Origin: Blasia pusilla
Taxonomy: Eukaryota
Direction: 5' to 3'
Assembly (NCBI GenBank): GCA_050084515.1
Contig: CM114271.1
Span: forward strand, 19,530,001 to 19,594,000
Length of the DNA: 64,000 nucleotides
Both the position numbers and the translations under genes were made by a program. Positions 14,860 through 27,495 of the stretch are shown here, in pieces (within the stretch, counting starts at the first letter, position 1; every line of letters begins with the position of its first letter). Below the pieces are notes generated by a model. It saw only the letters and a list, made by a program, of their open reading frames with translations. It was not told the origin of the DNA and made no database searches.

Positions 14860-15411
14860 AGTCATTAGGAACAAAACTAAATGGGTAGAAATTTGCAAGT
14901 ATGACTTAGTCTAGACAAATGACTAAGCATGTCACATCATCCACTTCATTAGATAAGTCAGAGGGCTGGCCAAACTCCTAGAGTCATACAACCCAAATGG
15001 AAATTGTAGCATGCCACGTGTTTCCCTCTTGTAGGATACAATCTGATTAAACCTTGCCAAAACATGGTGTATGACTAGCCTAGTCCTACATCATAACTCC
15101 AACTACATACGTGGCTATAATTATCACTACCAATTAGCTTTTTGTAGTCCACGTCATTCGATGAGCTAGCATCCATGTCATGTGATGAGGTGGCATTCTA
15201 TCCATGTCATCTAGATGACATGACAATCATGGAGCATAGCAGCTTGGTTTAGTCATATATCAACATCCACGTAAGATAACCCTTCTAGTTGTAAGGGTCA
15301 TGACGGGTATATGACTTGGCTTTTGTATCTACATGAATCATAAATCATTTCCAATTGTGGAATAATATAAATGACTCAAATGAGTCATAAAACCAAGATT
15401 TTCTTGTAGTG
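14860..15411. mobile_element. CACTA (EnSpm) transposon end
   Basis: Terminus TTTTCTTGTAGTG (reverse complement CACTACAAGAAAA) ending at 15411, preceded by dense ATGAC/GTCAT subterminal repeats. The partner end was not found. Confidence 0.65.
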
Positions 15412-15469
15412 CTCATAGTGGCTATTGAGTTGTAAATAGAATAAGGTGAAAGAGTTGTTATATGGATAA

Positions 15470-15900
15470 GGAATGAAGGGGGAACGAGAGTGACTCATAA
15501 CTTTCCAATTTTTATTTTTTTCACCATCAAGCTCTTAAATGTAGATAGTTATTGGTTCAAAGGATACCTTGTATATCATTTTGGTAAAGCTTTCATGACA
15601 CAAGTGATGGAATCTCGTTTCCTCATGATATTTTCGATTGTTATATATGATCGTGTATGGGATTGTATTGTTTAGATCTTATTTTAAATGAGATGTGGAG
15701 TATGAACTTGAATAGACCTCTACAAGTATTTTCTAAGACTCAATATATAGTCCATATGGTCTATCGATCCAAAGTAGCACATGGAGAGTTTTATGATGAA
15801 GAAGTTTGGCCAAGAGTTTCATGATGAGGTTATGCATCGCGGTTGATTTTTGTAATCCCTATTGTGTAAAATTGGAAAATGTACATCTTGATCTTATATT
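15470..15900 (+). pseudogene. Decayed copy of the small tandem ORF pair also found in the LTR at 28387-28812
   Basis: VDSYWFKGYLVYHFGKAFMTQVMES...IVIYDRVWDC aligns to ORF 28594-28812. FMMKKFGQEFHDEVM...IPIV*NWKMYILILY aligns to ORF 28387-28587. Confidence 0.65.
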
Positions 15901-17794
15901 AAAGTGGTAGTAAAGGGTCAAGGGAAAGATGGAGTGAGAATGAAAGAAATTTTGAGGGATGTGATTCATAAATTGAGAGAGTTGAGAGTTGTATTTGATG
16001 AGAATCAAAATCAAATCTAAGAATTAGCACAAGAAGTTGAGAGAGAGTGAGTGAGAGAGAGAGTTCATTAACCATGTGTGCATTAACTTCTGAGGAGAGT
16101 CAAGAAACCTTCAGGTCACAAGCATTGAAGGCCCATACAACATATAGAGTATTGGAGATGAATACCCAAGCATCATTGATACTCATAATCACAATGGCAT
16201 GTAAGGTAGAATTATATAAAGTAAGTCGAGTTATGAGGATAATAGACGATTGGATCACTTGTATTAAAATCCACTTATCTCTTTTCAACATCGATAATCA
16301 TATTGCAAGGATGTTTGTAAGATCTTGGTTATTAGATCAAGCATGAATATGGTGTCAAGGATCGTGGAGATCCTTGATTGAAATGGGTCAAAAATACACA
16401 TGGAGTAGGATAACGTTGCCAAGCAAGGGATATTGAAAAATTTCCAAGTTATGGACCCCATCCTCACTACGAGAATAAAACTATAATAGAAATTGGAGTA
16501 GATAAATTGAGAAACTTCCTCGAAGTGTAGAGTTGGAGAGACGAAAGCATAATGAAGAGTTGGAGTTGAAAGTCATTCGGTTCGTACGTTATAATGTTAT
16601 CTTGAAGATGTCTTGGATGGAACTATACAATTCATAGGTAGATTAGAGAAAAAAATTGTGAAGACCCGAGAGTGGAAGCGTTACGGAGGCAAAGTTAGAT
16701 CATGTCCTACAACCTTACGCCTAATGTAATAGGAGAAATTCCCATTAAAATCTAGATGCATATTTTCATGGTTTATTATGAGATGTTGGTGAATTAAAAA
16801 AAAAAACTTGGAGGTACTAAACAAGATGAGAGAAATACTGGAAGAGTATAAGGAAGTATTCCCAAAAGAATTACCATCAAGGTTATCCCCAAACAGATGA
16901 TAGACCATAAGATTGATATCCTTCTAGGAAGAGAGTCATCTTGTAAGGCTCTTTACTATCTTGATTCAAGGAAATTTGAATAGCGTAAAATCCAAGCGGG
17001 AAAGTTGTTGGAGAAAGGCTTCATCTAACCAGGTGTCTTGCCATATGGAGCCCCAATTCTTTTCGTTAAGAAGAAAAATGGAAGCATACAACTCAATATT
17101 GACTATCAAGCACTAAATCAACAACGGTGGAAAAGAAATATCCATTTTAAAAAATGGATTACTTATTCGACTAACTACAAGGAGAAAAATACTTCATCAA
17201 GCTCGACTTGAGAAGAGGCTACAACCAAATTCAAATTACGAATGAAGATGTCATAAAGACTACTATTTGCACTACGTATGGACACTTTAAATACTTAGAT
17301 ATGCCATTTGGTCTCACTAATGCACATACAACTTTAATCAATGATATCTTGCATTCATATTTAGATAATTCTATCATTGTATTCTTAGATGATATCTTGT
17401 TCTATAATTAAACCATAAAGAAGTATAGAAATTTTCTTTGAGAAGTCTTTCAAATCCTATGAGATAATAATTTATATGCTAAAGCTTCAAAATATGAGTT
17501 TTGCAGGACATAATTTGATCATCTTGCGCATCAAGTAAGCACAAAAGAAATTTAAGAAAAATTTGAGAAGGTAAAAATAATCCAAAAATGGGTGCATTTG
17601 AGTATCAAAATCAAGTGAAGAGTTTTCTAGGATGAAGAAGATTTTCTCCAAGATTTGTCAAAGGTTTTATTTGAATTGCATAATCCTTGACAACTTTATT
17701 AAGGAAAAAGACAAAAATATAATTAGGTTACATGGCAAGAGATTGATTTCCAATCATTAAAGGATGTCTTTATCAATGCCCTTACTTAATTTTG

Positions 17795-18320
17795 TAGTAG
17801 TATGATCCTCATCGACCTATCAAGTTGGCCACGGATGCATTAGGTACTACCATTGGGGGGAGTATTACAACAAGAATGGGAGAATGGATGGCATCCAATT
17901 GACTTCCTTTCTCGCAAGTTGTTGCCAATAGAGCAAAAATATCACACAATGCAACCGAGATAGAAGAACTTTCTATTGTATTAACAAACAAGCATTAGAA
18001 ATATTATTTGGGCTATAAGTTAGGAGTTTATGGTGGAGATTGATCATAAGCCCTTATAGTAGTGTGATCCTCATCGACCTATCAAGTTGGCCACAGATGC
18101 ACGAGGTACTTCCATTGGGGGCAGTATTACAACAAGAATGGGAGAATGGATGACATCCAGTTGACTTCCTTTCTCGCAAGTTATTTCCAGTAGAACAAAA
18201 ATACCATACAATGCAACCGAGAGAGAAGAATTTTCTATTGTATTAGCAAACAAGCATTGGAAATATTTTTTGGGCTATATGTTAGGAGTTTATGGTGGAG
18301 ATTGATCACACGCCCTTTAT
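17795..18320 (+). repeat. Tandem duplication of about 262 bp in the RNase H region of the chromoviral Gypsy
   Basis: gatcctcatcgacctatcaagttggccac...gtggagattgatca occurs twice. The antisense ORFs 17809-17991 and 18071-18253 are near-identical. Confidence 0.9.
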
Positions 18321-21300
18321 CTACCAACAGTCCCAAAATGAGTTATCCAAATGAAAAAAATCAATGGGCAGAATAGTGACAATAATTCAACATGGAAATT
18401 TTCTATGTCAAAGGAAAGAAGATGTTGATAGGCATCTTGACTCATATGCCATAAATAAATAATATGTTTCAAGTGGAGATTCTTTTGTGCGCATACATAT
18501 CTCTATACAACATATATCATTGGTCATATCCATACCACACAACACCGATCTTCCCCCCACACACGGGTAGATCCACACATGTACAGAAATCAACTCATAT
18601 ATATACATGGAGATCACATAACCACCCCTTAGCTGGCAGTTGGATCCTCCTAATTCCACATAGAAAATATCACATCTCCCTAACATGACCTACTACCCTA
18701 TACACATCTCGGATATATCCATCATCACGTGGGAACTACATCAAGAGGGGAGTGGGAGGGTCAGACATGACATATGTCACCCTCAAGAACAACCATCACA
18801 TACAAACATGGTGGCTACATCCCTCGCAGATCGGCACAACAAATACTTCAAGCCTGTACCACTTCCAAGCTCAGATTCACTGTCCCGTCCACGTTTGGAA
18901 GGTGATATGGCGCACAATTGCGCACATGATCCTTCCAAACCATACCATCCTATCCCTCCAACATGAGGACTCCCATCGATAATACCTTGTGCATACGTAG
19001 GATCGTGGGCCTTATAGTGACATCTAGCGTCGTGGATGCTGCTTGCTATAAATATATGTAATCTCTAGGATGAGACCTCATAATCCCTGGATAATAACCT
19101 CCTCCACGAATGGTCGCGTACCTCAATGTATCCCTATGTTGAGCAATAGCTAAGTTCTCAAAGGCCATGGTCATAAATCTACAAAAAAATAGATGTGTGG
19201 ATACAAGAGAACACGATTGTATCCACATATCTAGATCATCAAGATCTAACACCTTTGCCATGTCACGTCAAATAGCTGCAAGTAAATTTGGCTCTCTCCC
19301 AAAGAGCAAAAAGTATGGTAAAAATGACGCCAAGGATGCCTACGGACTAAGTGATAACCCATAGCCAACCATGGCAACTATAGGTCTGACTCCCTCAATT
19401 GTCCCCGCTGCAAGCCAGACTTGCATAATCCTCTCTTCACCATCTGTACTACTCTCTCCGCCAACCCATCCGCCTAAGGATGATCTCTGGATGTGGTGTG
19501 GTGATCTATCAACGCCTGATCACACAAGGCCTGAAACTCTCCCCTGAACTTGGTACCCTTGTCAGTCAACACCTCCGCTCGTGCACCAAAGTGACTAAGC
19601 ACACGACCTAGAAACACATAAGTTGTTTCCTTGCTCGCCTTTTCCGGTAGTGCCACCAACTCTATCCACTTGGAGAAATGCTCCACCATGACCAACACGT
19701 ACCTATGATGACACCCCGTCAATGGCAAAGGTCCCGCGAAGTCTAAAACCTAAACCCATAATCGGAAAAGGATGTAATTGCAGAATGGGAGCATTAAAGG
19801 ATGCTCGCACTTGGTCACATACCATACATTTGGCTACAAACTACTGTACCCCAGTATGCATGCGGCGTCACCAATACTGAACCTAGGGTAAGTTGTAAGT
19901 ATGCTTTACTCCAAAAGGCCCCAACTCCTCATGGGCATGTCACACTACACGTGCTCGTTGGGAAGGATGAGGTACCACTTGTATCCTACCATCTCCCCAT
20001 ACCCGCAAAATGTGAGTCCCCTCCCACCTGAACCTCCTGGCTCTCTGTAGGATCTGATCACGATCCCTAGCAACTCATTGTGCTCGTTATGACACCATTA
20101 CATAAGAACTCCACAACCTCCATGTCGTCATGGATATCACGACCACGTATCACCTCCACACTGACCTCCGGATCCAAAGACTCATCATCCAACCCCACCA
20201 CTAGAATCACCACCTGCGGCTGACCTTCCATAGTCAACCAACAAAGATAGGTAGATGCATGCCAATCGAGCACCATCTCCTCATCACTATCTCCGTGTCA
20301 TTGAGCTCTTGTGTCGTCTATCTAACTCAGACATAGGTTATGATTCAACCCATCTGCATCTTGGTTCAGCCGACCAGGCGTGTAAACCACCTCAAACTCA
20401 TACTCCTATAGTAGTAGAGCCAACATGGCAAGCTTTTCGGACTTCATCAACCACCTCAATGGGTGATGATCAGTGATAAGTGTGAAAGGGTTTCCAAATA
20501 AATAGCACCTGAAATGTTTCACGGCCCATAGTGCAGCCAAGCAATCTCCCTTGTAGGAGTTGTACTTCGCCTCTGCAAAGTTGTTTGATTGGCTCGCGTA
20601 AGCCACAACAATGGTATATGGTGTGTCCCAAGTACTCAATATGCTCCTGAAAGAATCTGCACTTTCCTAGATGCAACTTCAGTCCATGTAACTGCAATCT
20701 CCGAAACACCTCCACTGGATGTCGCTCATGCTCCTCAACCTTTGAATCGAAGATAAGAATATCATCTATATAACACCGTACAAAATCCAAGCCAGCCAAA
20801 ATCCTATCCATCACTCTCTGAAACTTTGTGGGCGCGTTCTTCAACCCAAATGATAAGAATCACCACTGATACAAGAAATCTCTCCCGAACCGATCTATCC
20901 CCTAGAATGCTCTCTTCTCCCTGTCCTCCAACCTCATAGGAAGATGATGATAGCCACCATCGAGATCTAAAGTACTGAAGATCCTTGCATGCACTACTAC
21001 ATCAAAGATCTCCTCAGGAGTAGACATGGCATATCGATCCGACTTTTTTGGTCGGTTGATAGGTTGGTAATCCCCCCATATCCGCCTATCCCTCCAATTT
21101 CCATACATATCCTTCTTCGCGGGCATGATTGTGGCAGATGCATAGTCCCCATGTGATAACCCCACAAGTCTTGACTCCTACTCTGAATCAAGACTCGCTC
21201 CATATCAGAATACCTGTAGGGTTGACGAAAGATCGTCATATCACTAGCCAACTCAGTCGGTAACCCGGGACCCTTCAGCGTACCCAAGTCTCTCATACTG

Positions 21301-21699
21301 AAGGCAAAACAATTGACATGCCCTCTCAGAAACCTATGAACTTATAGTTGCTATCCTTCTATCAACTTGAGACCTATCATAGGCTCCCAAGTCTACATTG
21401 TGACCTCACTCCGAGAGGATGTAACCTCCGGCTTTGGTTGCTATGTAACAACCCTAGCCACCTCCGCGAAAGCCACTCCACTCTAACCTCCTACACCATG
21501 CTCCACATCCAAAAAATGAACATGTGCTGCTCTGGCCATCTTCGCACTCCCCGCTCCAACGATGTCCTAGGAAGTCTATGGGTGCCTATCTCTCCTCATC
21601 CCGCCCCCAGCCAATGCCTATACAGCCCCTGTAGGAAATGCTCCAACTCGTGGATGTGACGGCATGGATGACACTTGCATCCGTCTCTGCTCACCCATG

Positions 21700-22650
21700 C
21701 ATAGGATGACTATCCATATGAGATACTTGAGGTCCATTGTGTGCCCCAATACCTGTCTCTGTGATGCCTCAATCATACTTGGCACCGCTGTAGTATCCGT
21801 GGCGAATCCCATGGCGCGCTCATGCTCATCTGCCATAGGCCCCTCCAATGCTTAGGTCATCTCATCCCAAATCATGTCTGGCCCTCCCTGAAAAAAGGCA
21901 TGGGATGTTGGGAAGCTCACCAAGGTAGGTAAGGCTGCCCTCAACTCCCCCACCCTATTGGCTATCGCCAACGGTGGTCTATCATCCGGCGTCACCACCT
22001 TAGATCGACGCCCTGAGCCCAAAATAACATCCACCGTGAGATGTGGTGCTCTCTGAACACCATCGTATGCTTGACTCAGTTCCTCTGATGGTATGAGGTT
22101 TGTCCACCATAGCCGTAGACGATGGGCACGTGATCCAACTCTCACTACATCTAACAACACAATAGGTCCTAACCAAGACCTGACATGATGCATACTCGTT
22201 ATCACACGTGCACGAGTGTCTCCCAACAACAACACGTTCTCCAAAATGTACGCTGGAGAACATGTCTGACTCTCTTGCAAGTGTCGCCCTACTCGTAGCA
22301 TCTCCCAAAACATCCTTGACCTCAGATCTTGCAATCCAAACCCTCGGCCAACTGATGAATGACCCTCACATGGCCATCCAACAATCACCAAATGAATGGT
22401 GCCAATTCTATCCAGATCCTACGCCCCTACCAGAGAGATGTCAAGGAGTAGTGTATGCTCATACCCCCATACTGTAGATACCGGGAACAACTCACGATAC
22501 TTCTGGACCAATCTCACCACGTGACGTAACGATACTTGCCGCGCGGTCTCATCTCTCTCCACATAAAGGTACTAATGCACTCGTATGCCCGCCTGCAACA
22601 CCGTAGCTAATTCCATGCTAATCTCTCCGAAGAGATCTAACACCCTAACA
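21700..22650 (-). pseudogene. C5 cytosine DNA methyltransferase domain (DNMT3-like) embedded in the retroelement polyprotein
   Basis: One frame with three premature stops. Motif I VLDLFGEIS, II YVERD, III DISLV, IV LVIVGWPCEGHS, V GLQDLRSRMFWE, VI YILENV, VIII SRAHRLRLWWTNL, IX EHERAMGF, X QRQVLGHTMD, in canonical order. Confidence 0.9.
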
Positions 22651-25600
22651 TCCTCCTCTAGACACGACCATACAACAAGTGTGGTATCAATTGGTGTCAA
22701 TGTCTCCACTCTAGGAGCCCAATTGCCACCTGACACTTGCTGCTCCAAGATAAAGGCATGACTCCACGCCTCTCACGAGGTTTTCGGCACTCTTCTTAAG
22801 CTCTCGAGTCGTACCCCACAATGATGAAGAGGTCTTGCCAACATAGGAAGAGGCACCCGCCATGGCCTGTCTCTCGGTGGGACTATCCGCTATTGGGACA
22901 TCCTCCGCATGGCCGTTCCCCTCCAACAATTCTCCTGGCAAGCTAATACTACTTGTGAAAGCTGCCAATGTGGTCATAGACTCGTCTTGCCATTGACCAC
23001 CTTGTCCCGGAAACTGCATGGGTAACTGACTCATCCGCCCATCATCTGACCGCCACCTTGGTCGATAAGCAACGGTCTCCTCCCAGAAGTCAAGGATGAA
23101 TCCTAGGGGATATAACACTATGCTCCCCACCAACACATCGTACGACTCAGCTGGCGTCATAATCGCACGCGTGCGTACCATAGCAATATCCATCGCATGC
23201 TCTGGCTGGACTATGACAAATTTTCCTGTCAAGTCATATACTGCATGGATTCAGGAGCGCAACCCTTGATGTTAGGCGACCCCAATCGAGGTCTATATCT
23301 GGAAGGGAAAAGGCTCAATGTCGGCCTTCCGTAACCCCAACTCTAAACACGCCACCTTCCCTAACATCAAGGGTTGCGCTCCTGAATCAAGTAGGACGTA
23401 CATTGCCCCTGTCGGACTAACCAAGCGAAATACTCCAGCTCGGTTATCCAATAATACCACGCAAGGTGTCACCATGGCCCGCTCTATGGCCAGTCGAGCT
23501 GGCATATCTACCAACTTTGCCGCCGCCGCATGCCATGACTTAGTGGGGGATGTCCCAAGCACTTGCTCCGAGGGCAAGTCCACCACCTCCTCAACTATCT
23601 ATGAACGAGAGGCAATTACCTCTCCAGGCTCACACAACGTGGCACCCTAGCCAGAACACCTCAGCTGGTCCAACTCCCAACGTTGCCAACTCTATGGCAG
23701 AAAATAACGGAGCATGGCTCACCTTGGTGGCCACCTCCAACCCTATGGTCGATACTCACCCCACTCAAGCCACCATAGGAGCTGCCACTCCAACTCCTCG
23801 TGACGTCGGCGCACCTGCTTGACCTGTAGGCATCATTGGTTGTCGAGGCACCATCGATGGTGTGTGTAGTGCCTTTGACAACGTGAAGGATTGTGGAACT
23901 CTAGCATGCCGCCCATCGGTCTCCTCCGGTGGGTCAATCTTAACTCCACCTATTGATGGCTCAATGCCTCTCGCAGCACCTCGAGTCACCACTGCAGCGC
24001 CTTAACCTGAGCCGCACTACACATAAACCCCATCTTAGCGAGATCCTCACCCGAGTCAGGGTAAGAGGTGGAAGTAGGAGCCACACTAGCTACTCTCGGC
24101 TCCATGCCTTCCTTGAGCTGCATCATCGTCATGGCAGCAATCCTGTACTCCAATTGATTGATGCACGAGAGAAGTGCCATCTCTAATGCTCCCGCTCCAT
24201 CTCCTTTGGCAGGTAGTGGTCCTCTACCACCACGTCTAGCAAAAACTCCTCGACCTCTTCCAGGACGATTGTCCCTAGGCCCTCGGCCTTCCTCTGCACG
24301 TGCCTCTCGGCGAAGGTCAAAACATCTATCCCTAGTGTGACCATATATGTGGCAATAGTCACACTAGTACTATGGTGGGGCCATCTTCTATGGCTCCTGA
24401 GCAATCAGAGGCGCTCGTAGTCCTCTTCCATGATGTGGACAGTCTCTGTGCCTATGGGCCCCTCCACACGTTCAACAAGACACCATCGGTCCTTGGTGGG
24501 AAACATATGTAGGTATGGATTGTTGCCTCATAGGCTCATAGTACCCGCCCTGCTCTCTAGGCACAATGGCCCGCTCCCGTGGTACTGGTGCTCTCTGTGG
24601 CAGTTGTGAGGTCACTCTCGCTTGTGGATCCATCGATTCTCGAGAAAATCCAGCGGTCACTTCCTGCTCCTCACTCATATTGAGCTCAATACGCTTAGAC
24701 AACTCGAAGACTTCCTTCAATGTGGGCTTCGTTGTATGAATCAACACCACATCTCGGACTCTCCTCCATAGTTCTTGGTCCAGAACCTCGTACCAATACT
24801 GGACTCACTACGCCTTAATCACTCCATAAGTAGCAATGATCGGCCTCCTCATGCGCGTAAATGCCTCTCTCAGACTCTCACCCGATCGTCGCTGAAAATC
24901 TTGTAGACTCTTCAGCTTATCGGTGCGTACGCCTTGGTAGCTCTTCCCCAATTGTCAAAAGAACTCCACTGTGGGACTATAGCTGGGTGACCCTATTTCA
25001 CCAGAGGTCTCTGCCATATTTCCTGTCTCACTGCCCTCCTCTCTGTCTAGTCTCCATGCTGATGGTGAGGGTCTATCTCCTCTTACAATCCCATCATATG
25101 CCTCGCGAGCACTAGTGAACACATACCCTGGAGCCCAATACATCCTCTAGGCATCGATCTCTACTGAATATAGTGATCAAAACTCCATGTAATCATCCAT
25201 CAGAGGACCCTCCAAGTGCTAGAACAACCCCTTCCATGCCATGAAAGGGTTGAACGGTGTCGGGGTCCGTATATCCTGGAAATCACACCACGTGTCAAAC
25301 TCTTGGATGAAGTCATCTTAGTCGATGGTGCCCACTGCACCCAAGAAACGACGCATGCTCGGTGGCCCATGTCGTCCATCTCCTGCCAAGTGACATTGTC
25401 TCCATATGCAATCTCGTAACCAGACCCGTTGCCCAATGATGAAGATCCAGCCATGGATGGAAATTGATGTAGCTCCTCACTCGTAACCCCTCGGTATCTC
25501 ACTCCACTCTGTATCACACCATTAGTATTGCTCGCACTACCCCGTTCTTCCGAACCCGAGAAGAACGCCGTGATGACAACCCTATCTCACCCGCTCAAGC

Positions 25601-25845
25601 ACTCAGACTCACCAAGAGTCTCCCACACTCCTCACTAGCTTACCTACGCTAATGGTAATCCCGTGACGGCACACCCGGCCTAAAACTCCACTCCTCAATC
25701 TTCATGGGCATATCAAGCCTCATCCACCCTGTGCTATCAAGGAATCGAGACGCTAGCATTCAATCCTAACTCACACACATGAGCAAGAATGATACTCCAA
25801 CGGCCCAACATGAGAAAGATGGCATGGGAAAGCCATCTTCCTCCC

Positions 25846-25852
25846 TTATATA
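25846..25852 (-). promoter_or_regulatory. Putative TATA box of the DNMT-PHD element (same motif at 39352-39358 in copy 2)
   Basis: Minus-strand CCTATATAAG is conserved in both copies about 275 bp inside the 5' terminus and points toward gag. Confidence 0.6.
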
Positions 25853-27495
25853 GGGTTGGGAAGAGCAAAAAGGCTCTTTCCCTAAAAATAGTTATCCTCT
25901 TGGTAACCTACACGTACAGGTTACCAAGGGGGGATGACCTGCTCAACAAGCCACCTGGCTGTGAAAGACCTCAACAAGAATGTTATAAAAAACAACGTTC
26001 CTCATACAACAGACCTATCGTCAACCTCATCCGACACCTCGGGACAAAGTTACACTCAAGACAGTCCTCTGGCTCCTATGCCCTATCCACGATAGATCTC
26101 AGCCTATCGTCTACTCAAATGTGAAAATTCACTCTAGTTGGTGGAAAATGTTGACCAAAGCAACAAAAGGATGATGAAGAAATTGTTATGGTTGTTTATG
26201 CCAAGAAAGCACAGAAGGCTCAAGGATTGGTTTTCCATAATAGTAAAGTATGGATCCCACAAGATCTAAACTAACAAACTCGAGTATTATATGAGGCTCA
26301 TGATATAAATATTTTGGGTCGTATGGGAGTTGGAAAAACCTTGGAGGAGTTACGACGGATATAGTATTGGCCCAAAAGGAGAGAAGATGTTGATGCATAA
26401 GTAACGAGTTGTATGATTTATCAACAAATCAAGGCTAATAACACAAAGCCAACACGATTATTACAACCCGTTCGAAAAGTTCATAAACATTATGAATAAG
26501 TTAGTATGAAATTTTTTTATTACCATGTAAAATCATGGGATACAAATCTATTTTAGTGTTTATGAATTGACTAAGCAAGATGATACATCTCCGTCCAACC
26601 AAGAAAAAATTTCATCGCCCTAGAGCTAGGTAGGATCTATGTTAAGACCATCTTTGTTCATCATGGTCTTATGGGATCCTAAAGTGTTTATCACTAATAG
26701 ACGAACCCACTTCATATCTCTATTTTGGAAGGCCTTATTTGGATTTCTCCAAACTAAACTAGCAATGTCTATTTCTTATTACCTTAAATCAATGAGTAAC
26801 TTAAAAGAGCCAAGTGTACCATTGAAGATATGTTGTGGACATTAAAATTGGAGGATCAACAAAGATGATACTTATTGTTACCATTGGTAGAGTTCTCGTA
26901 CAATAACTCTACAAACTCTTTCATTAAAGCAACATCCTTCTTTCTAATGTAAAAGAGAGCATTGTTTGATCCCTTCTAGTCTCACTCGAATAGGGAACCT
27001 TCCAATGGAATGTACAAAGATATCAGTCATGAGTTTGTGGATGAAATTCAAAAAAAAGTTCAACTTTCTAAAGAGAAGTTGTCTATTGCCCAAACTCAAG
27101 AAAAAAAAAAGTAGATGATCATCATTGAGGAGTAGAGTTTTCTAAAGGAGAGAAATTTTGGTTAGTAACAACAAATTTATCATTAGTAGGTATGTGTAAC
27201 CTTAATCCTTGCTATATTGGGCCTTTCATCATTCTATAGAAAGTGAGTGTCATGATGAGTAAGCTAGACATACCGATGCATTTGAAAAATCCATCATGCG
27301 TTTCATATTTCTCTTTTTTGATCGTTTATTCCATGTCCTAAAAGATTTGAGGATAATATTTGCCCTCCAAAATTACCTCAAATGGTAAGAGTGTAAGAGA
27401 TCATGAAGAACGCATCTTGAAAAACTGCACTCTAGGAGCTTATCACCAACGAGTCGAATCTTGGTCCTATTGAAAGTATATCCATTATTTGAGGC

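Larger units (their letters stand above)
18483..26126 (-). mobile_element. Gypsy-type retroelement, copy 1 (near full length): gag-PR-DNMT-RT-RH-IN-PHD, no LTR pair, 4-bp TSD ATTC
   Basis: Zn knuckles C*TCGGAHRHRDC and CDYCHIYGHTRDRC (about 24320-24480), protease LLDSGA (about 23375-23400), DNMT (about 21700-22650), RT YIDD (about 20770), integrase (19050-19950), decayed PHD (18700-18860). TSD attc at 18479-18482 and 26127-26130; removing the element restores the host frame MFQVEIHSSWWKMLTK. Confidence 0.92.
16300..27495 (+). mobile_element. Decayed chromovirus-type Ty3/Gypsy pol (protease, RT, RNase H, integrase, chromodomain), interrupted by element 18483-26126
   Basis: RT motifs PYGAPILFVKKKNG, MPFGLTNA and VFLDDIL (17040-17410). 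RNase H TDA-type motif at about 17820. Integrase core at 26300-26950. Chromodomain remnant LVLLKVYPLFEA (about 27460-27495). Many stops and frameshifts. Confidence 0.88.

Noticed and set aside
21700-22650. DNMT as a host gene or bacterial restriction-modification contamination
   Set aside because: It is intronless, collinear with pol, inside TSD-bounded termini, and partly present in a second element copy.
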